Shown in pieces: positions 39,889 to 48,684 of a stretch of 64,000 nucleotides of DNA; the stretch's first letter is position 1, and every line of letters starts with the position of its first letter. Made by a program: the position numbers and the translations under genes. A model generated the notes under the pieces. It was not told the origin of the DNA. It worked only from the letters and a program-made list of their open reading frames with translations, and ran no database searches. This stretch comes from Alphaproteobacteria bacterium (GTDB taxonomy: Bacteria; Pseudomonadota; Alphaproteobacteria; MPNO01; UBA830). The stretch is from assembly GCA_038131485.1 (NCBI GenBank), contig JAYPPO010000002.1:845207-909206 (forward strand), written 5' to 3'.

Positions 39889-41940
39889 ATGGCGCTGATC
39901 TTCGCCGTCGATACCGGCGGGACGTTTACCGACATTGCGGCTTTCGACCTGGATACGGGTGACGTTTCGTACGCCAAGGCGCTGACCACCTACGGCGATC
40001 TCGTCGATGGCGTCATGCAGTGCGTCGAGGAGGCCGGTGCCGATCTCTGCGATGCCCTGTTGGCCAAGCACGGTACCACGCTGGTTATCAACACGCTGCT
40101 GCAACGCAACGGCGCGCGCGCGGCTTTGGTCACGACGAAGGGCTTCCGCGACACGCTCGAACTGGGGCGCGGCAACCGGACGAGTCCGTTCCGCATCGAC
40201 TACCGGCGGACGCCGCCGTTGATTCCCCGCGAGCTCCGATTCGAGATTGATGAGCGCATCCACGGCCGTGGCGACGATCTTCGCGCTCCCGACCCGGCCG
40301 AGGTCGATGCGTTGGCGGACAGGATTGCGGCGCTCGGCGTCGACGCGGTCGCGATATCATTCGTGAACGGCTATCTCGACGACAGCCACGAAGCCTTCGT
40401 CGCCGCGCGGCTGCGAGAACGCCTTCCCGACACATACATCACGGCCGGAACCGAACTCACCCGCGAATGGTACGAGTACGAACGCTGCTGCACCGCGGCG
40501 GCTAATGCCGTCGCCGGTCCGCGGATGTCCACCTACACCCGGCGTTTGGAGAACCGGCTCGCGGAAGCGGGATTCGGTAGAACGCTCTACATGATGGGCT
40601 CGAACGGCGGCGTCCTGTCCGTCGACCGCACGCTGCGCGAGCCGATCTCCCTGATCGAGTCGGGGCCGGTCGGCGGCTGCATCGGCGCCGGCGCCTATGG
40701 CGAAGCGCTCGGCCTGCCGAACCTGATCGCCTTCGACATGGGCGGTACGACGGCCAAATGCGCGGTGATCCGCGACGGCCAGTTCAATCTGCATTCGCCC
40801 TATTTCGTCGGCGGTTACGGCGCCGGATTCCCGATCCGGGGCTCCGTCGTCGACATCGTCGAAGTCGGTGCCGGCGGCGGCTCGATCGCATGGGTGGACG
40901 ATGCGGGGCGCCTCAATGTCGGACCGCGCAGCGCGGGCTCCGACCCCGGTCCGGTCGCCTTCGGCCGGGGCGGAACCGAACCTACCGTCACCGACGCAAA
41001 CCTTATCGTCGGGCGCATCGGCGCTGACGTTTTCCTCGGCGGCGGGCTCGATCTCGACCTCGACGCCGCGCGGGCGGCCGTTTCCGACAAGGTGACGGCG
41101 CCGCTTGGACTTGACGAACAGCCGGTGGAGACGACCGCGGACGGCATTCTCCAGATCGCAACCGTCAGCATGACTAATGCGATCCGCCAGATAACAGTGG
41201 AGCGGGGCTATGATCCGCGCGATTTCGGGCTCTTCGTCTTCGGCGGCAGCGGGCCAATCTACGCCGCCGCGCTGGCGCGCGAACTGAGCATTTCGGAGGT
41301 GGTGATTCCGCCGGAGCCGGGCAATTTCTCGGCTGTCGGCATGCTGCTCGCCGATGCGCGGCTCGACAGCGCGCGCACGATGGTCCTCGATCTCGATGCC
41401 CAGGCCCTTGCGCAGATGGCGTCGGCGTTCGAGGAAACCGGCCGTTATGCCGTCGAGACGCTTGGCCGGGAGGTCGAAGGCGCCGACGTGACCTTGTCGC
41501 GAAGCATCGACATGCGCTATCGCGGCCAGAAACATACCTTCACCGTGCCGCTCGACGGAATTCCCGACGATATCGGTGCCCTGCGCATTGCGTTCGAAAC
41601 CTACTACCGGAACCGGTTCGGCCATTCGGACGGTACCGCGCCGATCGAAATCGTCGGGATCCACGTGAGCGCTTACGCGCGAACTGCTAAACCCGACCTT
41701 GCGCGCCTGCGGCGGCCCGTCATCGAAGGTCCAGCGGAGGTCCGACATCGTCCGGTCTATTTCGGCGGCGACGGCGGCTGGGTCGACGCGCCCGTCTATC
41801 GGCGCGATGCGTTGCCGTCCGGCTTCGAAGCCGAAGGCCCCCTGGTGATCGAGGAATACGGCTCGACGACGGTCGTCGGCGCCGGGGATCTGTGCCGTAT
41901 CGGCGATCTCGGCGAAATCAGGATAAGCATCGGAGATTGA
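39889..41940 (+). CDS. hydantoinase A/oxoprolinase (HyuA) family, second locus
   Basis: MALIFAVDTGGTFTDIAAF… 683 aa. Confidence 0.85.
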   Translation: MALIFAVDTGGTFTDIAAFDLDTGDVSYAKALTTYGDLVDGVMQCVEEAGADLCDALLAKHGTTLVINTLLQRNGARAALVTTKGFRDTLELGRGNRTSPFRIDYRRTPPLIPRELRFEIDERIHGRGDDLRAPDPAEVDALADRIAALGVDAVAISFVNGYLDDSHEAFVAARLRERLPDTYITAGTELTREWYEYERCCTAAANAVAGPRMSTYTRRLENRLAEAGFGRTLYMMGSNGGVLSVDRTLREPISLIESGPVGGCIGAGAYGEALGLPNLIAFDMGGTTAKCAVIRDGQFNLHSPYFVGGYGAGFPIRGSVVDIVEVGAGGGSIAWVDDAGRLNVGPRSAGSDPGPVAFGRGGTEPTVTDANLIVGRIGADVFLGGGLDLDLDAARAAVSDKVTAPLGLDEQPVETTADGILQIATVSMTNAIRQITVERGYDPRDFGLFVFGGSGPIYAAALARELSISEVVIPPEPGNFSAVGMLLADARLDSARTMVLDLDAQALAQMASAFEETGRYAVETLGREVEGADVTLSRSIDMRYRGQKHTFTVPLDGIPDDIGALRIAFETYYRNRFGHSDGTAPIEIVGIHVSAYARTAKPDLARLRRPVIEGPAEVRHRPVYFGGDGGWVDAPVYRRDALPSGFEAEGPLVIEEYGSTTVVGAGDLCRIGDLGEIRISIGD

Positions 41941-41942
41941 GA

Positions 41943-43703
41943 ATGGACGGAACCGCCAAAATCTCAGTCGATCCGATCACGCTGGAAATCATCCGTCACG
42001 GCCTGGTCGCGATTCCCAACGAGATCGACGCCAACATCACGCGCACGGCCTTCAGTCCGCTGGTCTACGAATACAAGGATTTTGCCACTGGTCTCGTCGA
42101 CCCCGAGGGGCGCCTGATCGCGCAGGGATCGGGGTCGATACCCATCTTTGTCGCGAACGCGCTCGGCAACGCGGTGCGCGACGGGCTTGATATCTACGGC
42201 GCGGAACACATTCACGCCGGCGATATCATCATCTCCAACCATGCCGGCACGCTGGGCCAGCACCTTAACAACGTGGTGATGTATTCGCCGATCTTCGCCG
42301 ATGAGAACGAAGCGGACCTGTTCGGTTTTATGTGCGTTCTGGTGCACTGGATCGACATCGGCGGCGGCGCGGTAGGCTCGTGCAGCGCGACCGACACGAC
42401 CGACATCTTCCAGGAGGGCATCCAGTACCGCACGGTAAAGCTGTGGAACCGCGGCGTCCGCAACGACGAGCTCTACCGGATCGTCGAGTACAACACGCGG
42501 TTTCCGGCGATGGTGCTGGGTGATCTCGACGCCCAGCTCGCCGGAACGCTGGCCGGGCACGACAAGGTGCGGGCACTTGTCGATCGCTACGGCGCGAAAA
42601 CGGTCCGCGCAGCCATCGAGGCGATATGGGACCAGTCCGAAGCGGTCGCGCGGGACGCCGTGCGCGCGCTTCCCGACGGCGTCTGGCGGGCGGAGTCCTT
42701 CCTCGACGACGACGGCATCGACGGCTCTCCCGTCCCCGTGGGCATTGAGGTCCGGATCGACGGGGACCGGATGAGGATCGACTTTTCCGGATTGGGGAAG
42801 GAATTGCGCGGGCCGCTCAATTCTGGCGTGCTCGGCGGCGCCTATCCAGCCGCGCGGATCGCGTTCAAAATTCTCACCGCGCCGGACGAACCGGCGAACG
42901 AGGGGTGTTTCCGGCCACTGGAAATCGTCATCCCCGACGGTACCTTCCTGAGCGCCGGGCCGACGGCGCCCATGGGCCTGTATAGCGCGACCTTGCCGAC
43001 CGTTATCGATACCATCGTCCGGGCCGTCGGCGCCGCCGCGCCGCAGGTGGCCGCGGGCGGCCATCACGGATCGTTTTGCGCGCATTGGTTCTTTGGCAAG
43101 GACCCTGCAACGGGCGAACTGTTCCAGCAGCTGGATACCGGTCACGGGGGATGGGGCGCGACGGCGGGTAGCGACGGCTCCGGGCCGTTCAAGACGATGG
43201 CGCACGGCGATACGCTCGACGTCCCGGTCGAAGTTCAGGAAGCGCTCAATCCGCTGCTCGTCGAATCCATCGCGCTGAGAACAGACTCGGCGGGAGACGG
43301 CGCGTCGCGCGGCGGTCTGGGGACCGAGAAGGTGGTGCGTGCGATGGCCGATTGCCAGGTAAGCGTCCAAATCGACCGCACGAAATGCACCCCGTGGGGG
43401 CTCGACGGCGGTGTCGACGGAGAGCCCGGCGACGCCTTCGCGGAGCCAGTCGACGGCGACGCGTGGCGGGTACTCAAGGGCACGATCTCGCTGAAGCAGG
43501 GCGACAGGTTCCGCCTGAAGACAGGCGGCGGCGGCGGCTTCGGCAGGCCCGTGGATCGGGATCCCGCCCGCGTCGCCGCCGATGTTGCGGGCGGTTATAT
43601 CAGCCGCAGCCGCGCGGAAGCGGTCTATGGCGTCATTCTGGATGAGAAAGGCGGCGTCGATGTCGGCGCCACGGACGCGGCGCGGGCCGCGTGGCGCTTA
43701 TGA
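41943..43703 (+). CDS. hydantoinase B/oxoprolinase (HyuB) family, second locus
   Basis: MDGTAKISVDPITLEIIRHGL… The start is 2 nt after the hyuA stop (track ORF opens at 41892). Confidence 0.85.
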   Translation: MDGTAKISVDPITLEIIRHGLVAIPNEIDANITRTAFSPLVYEYKDFATGLVDPEGRLIAQGSGSIPIFVANALGNAVRDGLDIYGAEHIHAGDIIISNHAGTLGQHLNNVVMYSPIFADENEADLFGFMCVLVHWIDIGGGAVGSCSATDTTDIFQEGIQYRTVKLWNRGVRNDELYRIVEYNTRFPAMVLGDLDAQLAGTLAGHDKVRALVDRYGAKTVRAAIEAIWDQSEAVARDAVRALPDGVWRAESFLDDDGIDGSPVPVGIEVRIDGDRMRIDFSGLGKELRGPLNSGVLGGAYPAARIAFKILTAPDEPANEGCFRPLEIVIPDGTFLSAGPTAPMGLYSATLPTVIDTIVRAVGAAAPQVAAGGHHGSFCAHWFFGKDPATGELFQQLDTGHGGWGATAGSDGSGPFKTMAHGDTLDVPVEVQEALNPLLVESIALRTDSAGDGASRGGLGTEKVVRAMADCQVSVQIDRTKCTPWGLDGGVDGEPGDAFAEPVDGDAWRVLKGTISLKQGDRFRLKTGGGGGFGRPVDRDPARVAADVAGGYISRSRAEAVYGVILDEKGGVDVGATDAARAAWRL

Positions 43704-43710
43704 CGCGGCG

Positions 43711-44718
43711 CTAGTACGTTGGCTTGAGTTTCAGCCAGTCGTAGCGGTCGATGGATTTGACCTCGAACTTGGTCGGCTGGTTGCCGCGCAGTACCAGCAG
43801 CGGCACGTGCACCCCGGGGGCACCGAGCGCCCAGACCTTGCGATAATAATCTGCCAGGCCCGAGACAGGCACGCCGTCGACGCCCAGCAGCAAGTCGCCC
43901 TGCCGCAGCCCCGCGTTCCAGCCCGGGCTGTTCTCCTGCACGCGCGCGACGAACAGTCGTCCCTGTATCTCCTGCGCCGCGATGCCGAGCCACGGGCGGC
44001 TGTTACGGTCGGATTTCCCTTTGGCGATCAGGTCGGCGAGGATCGGCTTCAGCGCGTCGATCGGGATGAACATGTTGCCTGGATAGATGCGATCTTCCTC
44101 CTGCAGCGCGTCGGGCACGATGAGCGAGCCAATGCCGATCAGCTTGCCGGTCGGATCGATGAGCGCCGCGCCGCCGAAATTGCCGTAGGGTGGCGAGGTG
44201 AAAATTGCCACGTCGAGCAGGTACTCCCAGTAGCCGGCGAATTCGCGGAGGTCGACGACGAAGGCGCCCATCGCTTTCGTAGGACCGCCGTAACCCGCGA
44301 CCAGCACCGGCTGTTTCTGCTCCAGCCCGGCGGACGTCCCCATCTCCATCGGCTTCACGCCGAGCGGCCGCGCAGCTTTCAAGAGCCCGAACCCTGTATC
44401 GTGGTCGTAGGCGACGACGGTCGCCGGAAACGCCTTGCCGCCGGCCGTTTTTACCTGCACGTCGTCCGCCTCGAGGATGCCGTAGCCGATGGTGAGGACC
44501 AGCCCGTCGCTGTCGATAACAACGCCGCTGCTTTCGCGCTCAGTGCCGAGCGACCGTGCGGTCCGGGCGTCGGCCGGCACGCGCGCCGTTACCTTGACGA
44601 TGGATTCGAGGATTTCGGCGCCAGACGATGGCTGTTGCTGCTTCTCGTGAGCCGGCGCCGGGACGGCCAGCAACAGCGCCAGAACGCCAAAAAGGATGCC
44701 GAGAACTCTCATGGCCAA
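43711..44718 (-). CDS. S1C (DegP/HtrA-like) trypsin-family serine protease with PDZ domain
   Basis: Signal peptide. Catalytic-triad context (…GNFGGAALID…). C-terminal PDZ. Confidence 0.75.
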   Translation of the reverse strand: MAMRVLGILFGVLALLLAVPAPAHEKQQQPSSGAEILESIVKVTARVPADARTARSLGTERESSGVVIDSDGLVLTIGYGILEADDVQVKTAGGKAFPATVVAYDHDTGFGLLKAARPLGVKPMEMGTSAGLEQKQPVLVAGYGGPTKAMGAFVVDLREFAGYWEYLLDVAIFTSPPYGNFGGAALIDPTGKLIGIGSLIVPDALQEEDRIYPGNMFIPIDALKPILADLIAKGKSDRNSRPWLGIAAQEIQGRLFVARVQENSPGWNAGLRQGDLLLGVDGVPVSGLADYYRKVWALGAPGVHVPLLVLRGNQPTKFEVKSIDRYDWLKLKPTY

Positions 44719-44870
44719 CGCTCCATATGTCGCGGGACAATCTTAACCGTGGGTACGTGGAAAGGGGAAGAAACGGATTGCACTTCGCTCGAACGTGATA
44801 GCCTCCCGCTGCGGGATGCGATTCGCCGCGTTGGCCGCGCAAGCATCACTGGCGCTGGTATACTCTGCAA

Positions 44871-47141
44871 ATGACATCCGAAACGTCTGAAACGGCGTCC
44901 GCCTTGAGGCCCCCTGTCGCCCCGCCTGCGCGGTGGCTCGCCGGGCTCAACGCGCCGCAACGCGACGCCGTCGAGAGCCTCGATGGCCCCTTGCTGGTCC
45001 TTGCCGGCGCCGGCACAGGCAAGACGCGCGTTCTGACGACGCGCATCGCGAATATCCTCGTTTCGCGCAAGGCTTGGCCGAGCCAAATTCTAGCCGTTAC
45101 CTTCACCAACAAGGCCGCGCGCGAGATGCGCGACCGCGTCGCGGCGATGATCGGCGGTGTGACCGAAGGCTTGTGGATCGGCACGTTTCATGCAATCTCG
45201 ACGCGTGTCCTTCGGCGTCACGCCGAACTGGCCGGGCTGAAGTCGAACTTCACGATCCTCGACCAGGACGACCAAATCCGCCTCGTGAGGCAGATCATCG
45301 AGGCGGAGGACATCGACGACAAGCGCTGGCCCGCCCGGGCCGTACATGCGGCGATCGAGCGTTTCAAGGACCGCGGGTTGACGCCCGATAAGGTCGGCGT
45401 AGCCGAGGCAGGCGAAATTGCCGACGGACGCGTTGGCGAGCTCTACAAAATCTATCAGGACCGGCTGACGACGCTGAATGCGGTCGATTTCGGCGATCTG
45501 CTGCTGCATTGCCTGACGGTGTTCATGCAGAACCCCGACGTGCTCGCCGAGTACCAAAACCAGTTCCGCTACGTCCTCGTCGACGAATACCAGGATTCCA
45601 ACGTCGCGCAGTATCTGTGGCTCCGCCTGCTGTCGCAGGGCCGCAACAACATCTGCTGCGTCGGCGACGACGACCAGTCGATCTATTCGTGGCGCGGCGC
45701 CGAAGTAGGCAACATCCTGCGTTTCGAAAAGGACTACACCGGCGCGAAGGTGATCCGGCTGGAACAGAACTACCGCTCCACCCAGCCGATCCTGTCGGCC
45801 GCATCCGAGCTGATCTCCAACAACCGCGGCCGGCTCGGCAAGATGCTGTGGACCGAGGTGGAGGAGGGTGATCCGATCCAGGTCCGCGCAGTCTGGGACG
45901 GCGAATCCGAGGCGCGGTTCGTCGGCGAGGAGATCGAGGCGCTGCAGCGCGGGGGCAACGCGCTCGACGGGATCGCCATCCTCGTCCGCGCGAGCTTCCA
46001 GATGCGCGAGTTCGAAGAGCGGCTGATCACTCTGGGTATCCCGTACCGCGTCGTCGGCGGCCCGCGTTTCTACGAGCGCCAGGAAATCCGCGACGCGTTG
46101 GCCTATCTCCGCCTGATCGCGCAGCCCGATGACGATCTCGCGCTGGAGCGCATCATCAACGTGCCGCGCCGGGGTCTCGGCGACGCGACGGTGCAGACGC
46201 TTCATATCTACGCGCGGGCGCAAGGCATATCGCTGTACGAATCTTCGCGCCGCCTGATCGACACCGACGAGCTGCGTCCGCAGGCGCGTTCCGCGCTGCG
46301 GCGGCTTATCGAGGATTTCGAGCGCTGGCGCGTCAAGATGCTGGCCGACGATCATGTCGACTTGGTCGAAACCGCGCTCGACGAATCCGGCTATACCGAG
46401 ATGTGGATGCAGAGCAAGGCGGCGGACGCGCCCGGTCGGCTCGAAAACCTGAAGGAACTGGTGTCGGCGGTGGGCGAGTTCGGGTCGTTGGAGGGCTTTC
46501 TGGAGCATATCAGCCTCGTCATGGACCGCGACGACGGGGCCTCCGGTGAAATGGTCAGCCTAATGACGCTGCATGCCGCCAAGGGGCTAGAATTCGACAA
46601 TGTTTTCCTGCCCGGCTGGGAAGAAGAGGTGTTTCCCAACCGCCGGTCGGTCGATGATGGAGGCTCGGCCGCGCTCGAGGAGGAACGCCGTCTCGCCTAT
46701 GTCGGCCTGACGCGTGCCAAGCGGCGGGTATGGATCATCCATGCCTCCAGTCGCCGGGTCTACAACCAGTGGCTCTCCTGTGCGCCCTCGCGTTTCATCG
46801 ACGAGCTACCGGCGGAACTGGTCGATCACGTCGTCGAGCCGGGCCTTTACGCCGGTGTCGCCGAACCCTGTTTCAGCTCCGCGTCCGACGACTGGGGCTC
46901 GCCGCGCCAAGGCCGCGGGCCCGGCTACGATCGCATGCGGGCCCGCCGCGGTTCGGCGGGAGGCCGCCTGCAGGAGGATGTCGCGCCGGTGCTGACGTCG
47001 AGCGTTGCGCCCGGCACGCGGATCTTCCACCAGAAATTCGGCTATGGCACCGTGCGGTCCAACGACGGCGGCAAGCTAGACATCGATTTCGAGAAGGCGG
47101 GGACGAAGAAGGTGATGGAAAGCTTCGTCGAGCCCGCATGA
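44871..47141 (+). CDS. uvrD: ATP-dependent DNA helicase UvrD/Rep family
   Basis: Walker A AGAGTGKTRVL and helicase motifs I to VI. 756 aa. Confidence 0.9.
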   Translation: MTSETSETASALRPPVAPPARWLAGLNAPQRDAVESLDGPLLVLAGAGTGKTRVLTTRIANILVSRKAWPSQILAVTFTNKAAREMRDRVAAMIGGVTEGLWIGTFHAISTRVLRRHAELAGLKSNFTILDQDDQIRLVRQIIEAEDIDDKRWPARAVHAAIERFKDRGLTPDKVGVAEAGEIADGRVGELYKIYQDRLTTLNAVDFGDLLLHCLTVFMQNPDVLAEYQNQFRYVLVDEYQDSNVAQYLWLRLLSQGRNNICCVGDDDQSIYSWRGAEVGNILRFEKDYTGAKVIRLEQNYRSTQPILSAASELISNNRGRLGKMLWTEVEEGDPIQVRAVWDGESEARFVGEEIEALQRGGNALDGIAILVRASFQMREFEERLITLGIPYRVVGGPRFYERQEIRDALAYLRLIAQPDDDLALERIINVPRRGLGDATVQTLHIYARAQGISLYESSRRLIDTDELRPQARSALRRLIEDFERWRVKMLADDHVDLVETALDESGYTEMWMQSKAADAPGRLENLKELVSAVGEFGSLEGFLEHISLVMDRDDGASGEMVSLMTLHAAKGLEFDNVFLPGWEEEVFPNRRSVDDGGSAALEEERRLAYVGLTRAKRRVWIIHASSRRVYNQWLSCAPSRFIDELPAELVDHVVEPGLYAGVAEPCFSSASDDWGSPRQGRGPGYDRMRARRGSAGGRLQEDVAPVLTSSVAPGTRIFHQKFGYGTVRSNDGGKLDIDFEKAGTKKVMESFVEPA

Positions 47142-48022
47142 TCGAGCCGGAAATCTGGGAAATCGCCGTCGAGGTTGGCGACAAGGAGGCGGTGGCCGCG
47201 ATCGAGGAGATCGTCGCGGAGGTAGCGGAGAGCACCGCCGCCTTCGAGGACGATAAGACCAAGGGATGGCGCGTCACCGGCTATGCGACGACAGCCCTCG
47301 ACGAAGCTGCCGTTTGTAGACGCCTGCAAATCGCTGCGGCCGATGCCGGGCTCGGCGCGCTCGATATCCGCATCGGCCTAATACCGCCCACCGACTGGGT
47401 CGCGGAGGTCGAGAAGACCCTGAAGCCTATATCGGTCGGCCCCTATTACATTTACGGCTCGCACGTCACCGACCCGCCGCCCGACTGCGCCGTCGCGATC
47501 CACGTCGATGCCGGGCTCGCCTTCGGGACCGGAAACCACGAAACCACCCGCGGCTGCCTGATGGCGCTGGAACGCCTCTATCCCGACACCGGGCCGGGCA
47601 ATCCGCTTGATGTCGGCACCGGCAGCGGCATCCTCGCGATCGCGCTCGCGAAACGCTACGGCGTGCGCGCGTTCGGCAGCGACATCGACCCGATCGCCAT
47701 CGACGTCGCCCGCGAAAACGCCGAGGTCAACGGCGTTGCCGATCTGGTCGGCTTCACGGTCTGTGACGGGCTTGAAGCCCCGGAGATTGCCGCGCGCGGG
47801 CCGTACGACCTGATTTTCGCCAATATCGTCGTCGATCCGCTGGTCGCGCTTGCTGGCGATCTCACCGGCGCGCTTGCGGACGGCGGGCGGCTCGTGCTTT
47901 CCGGCATCCTTGCGGAGCAGGAGAGTCGAATCCTCGACGCGTATGGCACGGGCCAGGGGTTGCGCGCGTTTGGCGTCTTGGCGCTGGCCGAATGGCGGAC
48001 GATGATATTCGAGAAGGCCTGA
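47138..48022 (+). CDS. prmA: ribosomal protein L11 methyltransferase
   Basis: MIEPEIWEIAV… DVGTGSGILAIA SAM motif. Start ATG overlaps the uvrD TGA (ATGA). Confidence 0.8.
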   Translation: MIEPEIWEIAVEVGDKEAVAAIEEIVAEVAESTAAFEDDKTKGWRVTGYATTALDEAAVCRRLQIAAADAGLGALDIRIGLIPPTDWVAEVEKTLKPISVGPYYIYGSHVTDPPPDCAVAIHVDAGLAFGTGNHETTRGCLMALERLYPDTGPGNPLDVGTGSGILAIALAKRYGVRAFGSDIDPIAIDVARENAEVNGVADLVGFTVCDGLEAPEIAARGPYDLIFANIVVDPLVALAGDLTGALADGGRLVLSGILAEQESRILDAYGTGQGLRAFGVLALAEWRTMIFEKA

Positions 48023-48039
48023 GGCCGGGCTGTCAGTTC

Positions 48040-48660
48040 GGTTTGGCGCCCGTTTGCGTCTGGAAGGCCGCAAAGGTTTCCTTGAAGCCGTTAAGCGCGA
48101 AATTTACCCGGAGCGGCCGTCTGTTCGGCTAACGGAACATCACCTGGCCCGTGGCCGCGTTGAAGAACAGATTCTTCACGTCCCTCGCAAGGGGAAGGAT
48201 CCCGGACAGCCGTTCACGTTGCAAAGGCGCAGCGGGAATTTAACCGCTTCGCTGTCGTCCATTACCAGCGTCAGGCCTGCGAGCAGCAGGATGCCGAGCG
48301 GTGCGTTGATGACGACGACATTGGCGTTCTTCTAGCCGGAGCCGGCTATAGAGATGTTGAGGACCCGTTTTCTGCTTTGCCGGAAGATGATGTCCTGCAC
48401 TAGCACGCCACCGCCGGCGGCGGGCGCTCCGCGGTATTTCAGGGTCCAGTCCCCGATTTTCTGGCTAGTTTTAGTCGTTGCCCTGGGCGCGGGCGCTGTG
48501 CGGCAGGGCGGCAGTGGACGCCAGCGCCGAAAACAGGAATGCTGTGCAGAGAAGGCGTCGCGCGATGCCGGATGGTACGGTTCGCATGACGCAAGCCCAC
48601 GGAATTCGGCGGCGGATCTGCAACGGTATTGTCTCCCATTTCCCATGACTTTACCGTACT
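48040..48660 (-). pseudogene. IalB (invasion-associated locus B)-family periplasmic protein gene, fragmented by multiple frameshifts
   Basis: Minus-strand pieces lie in three frames. First, a signal peptide MRTVPSGIARRLLCTAFLFSALASTAALPHSARAQGND, then a stop. Second, …KIGDWTLKYRGAPAAGGGVLVQDIIFRQSRKRVLNISIAGSG, then a stop. Third, KNANVVVINAPLGILLLAGLTLVMDDSEAVKFPLRLCNVNGCPGSFPLRGT, then a stop. Fourth, NLFFNAATGQVMFR, then a stop. Fifth, …RVNFALNGFKETFAAFQ. Confidence 0.55.
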
Positions 48661-48684
48661 GCACCAGAATTTCGAAGGTGACGG

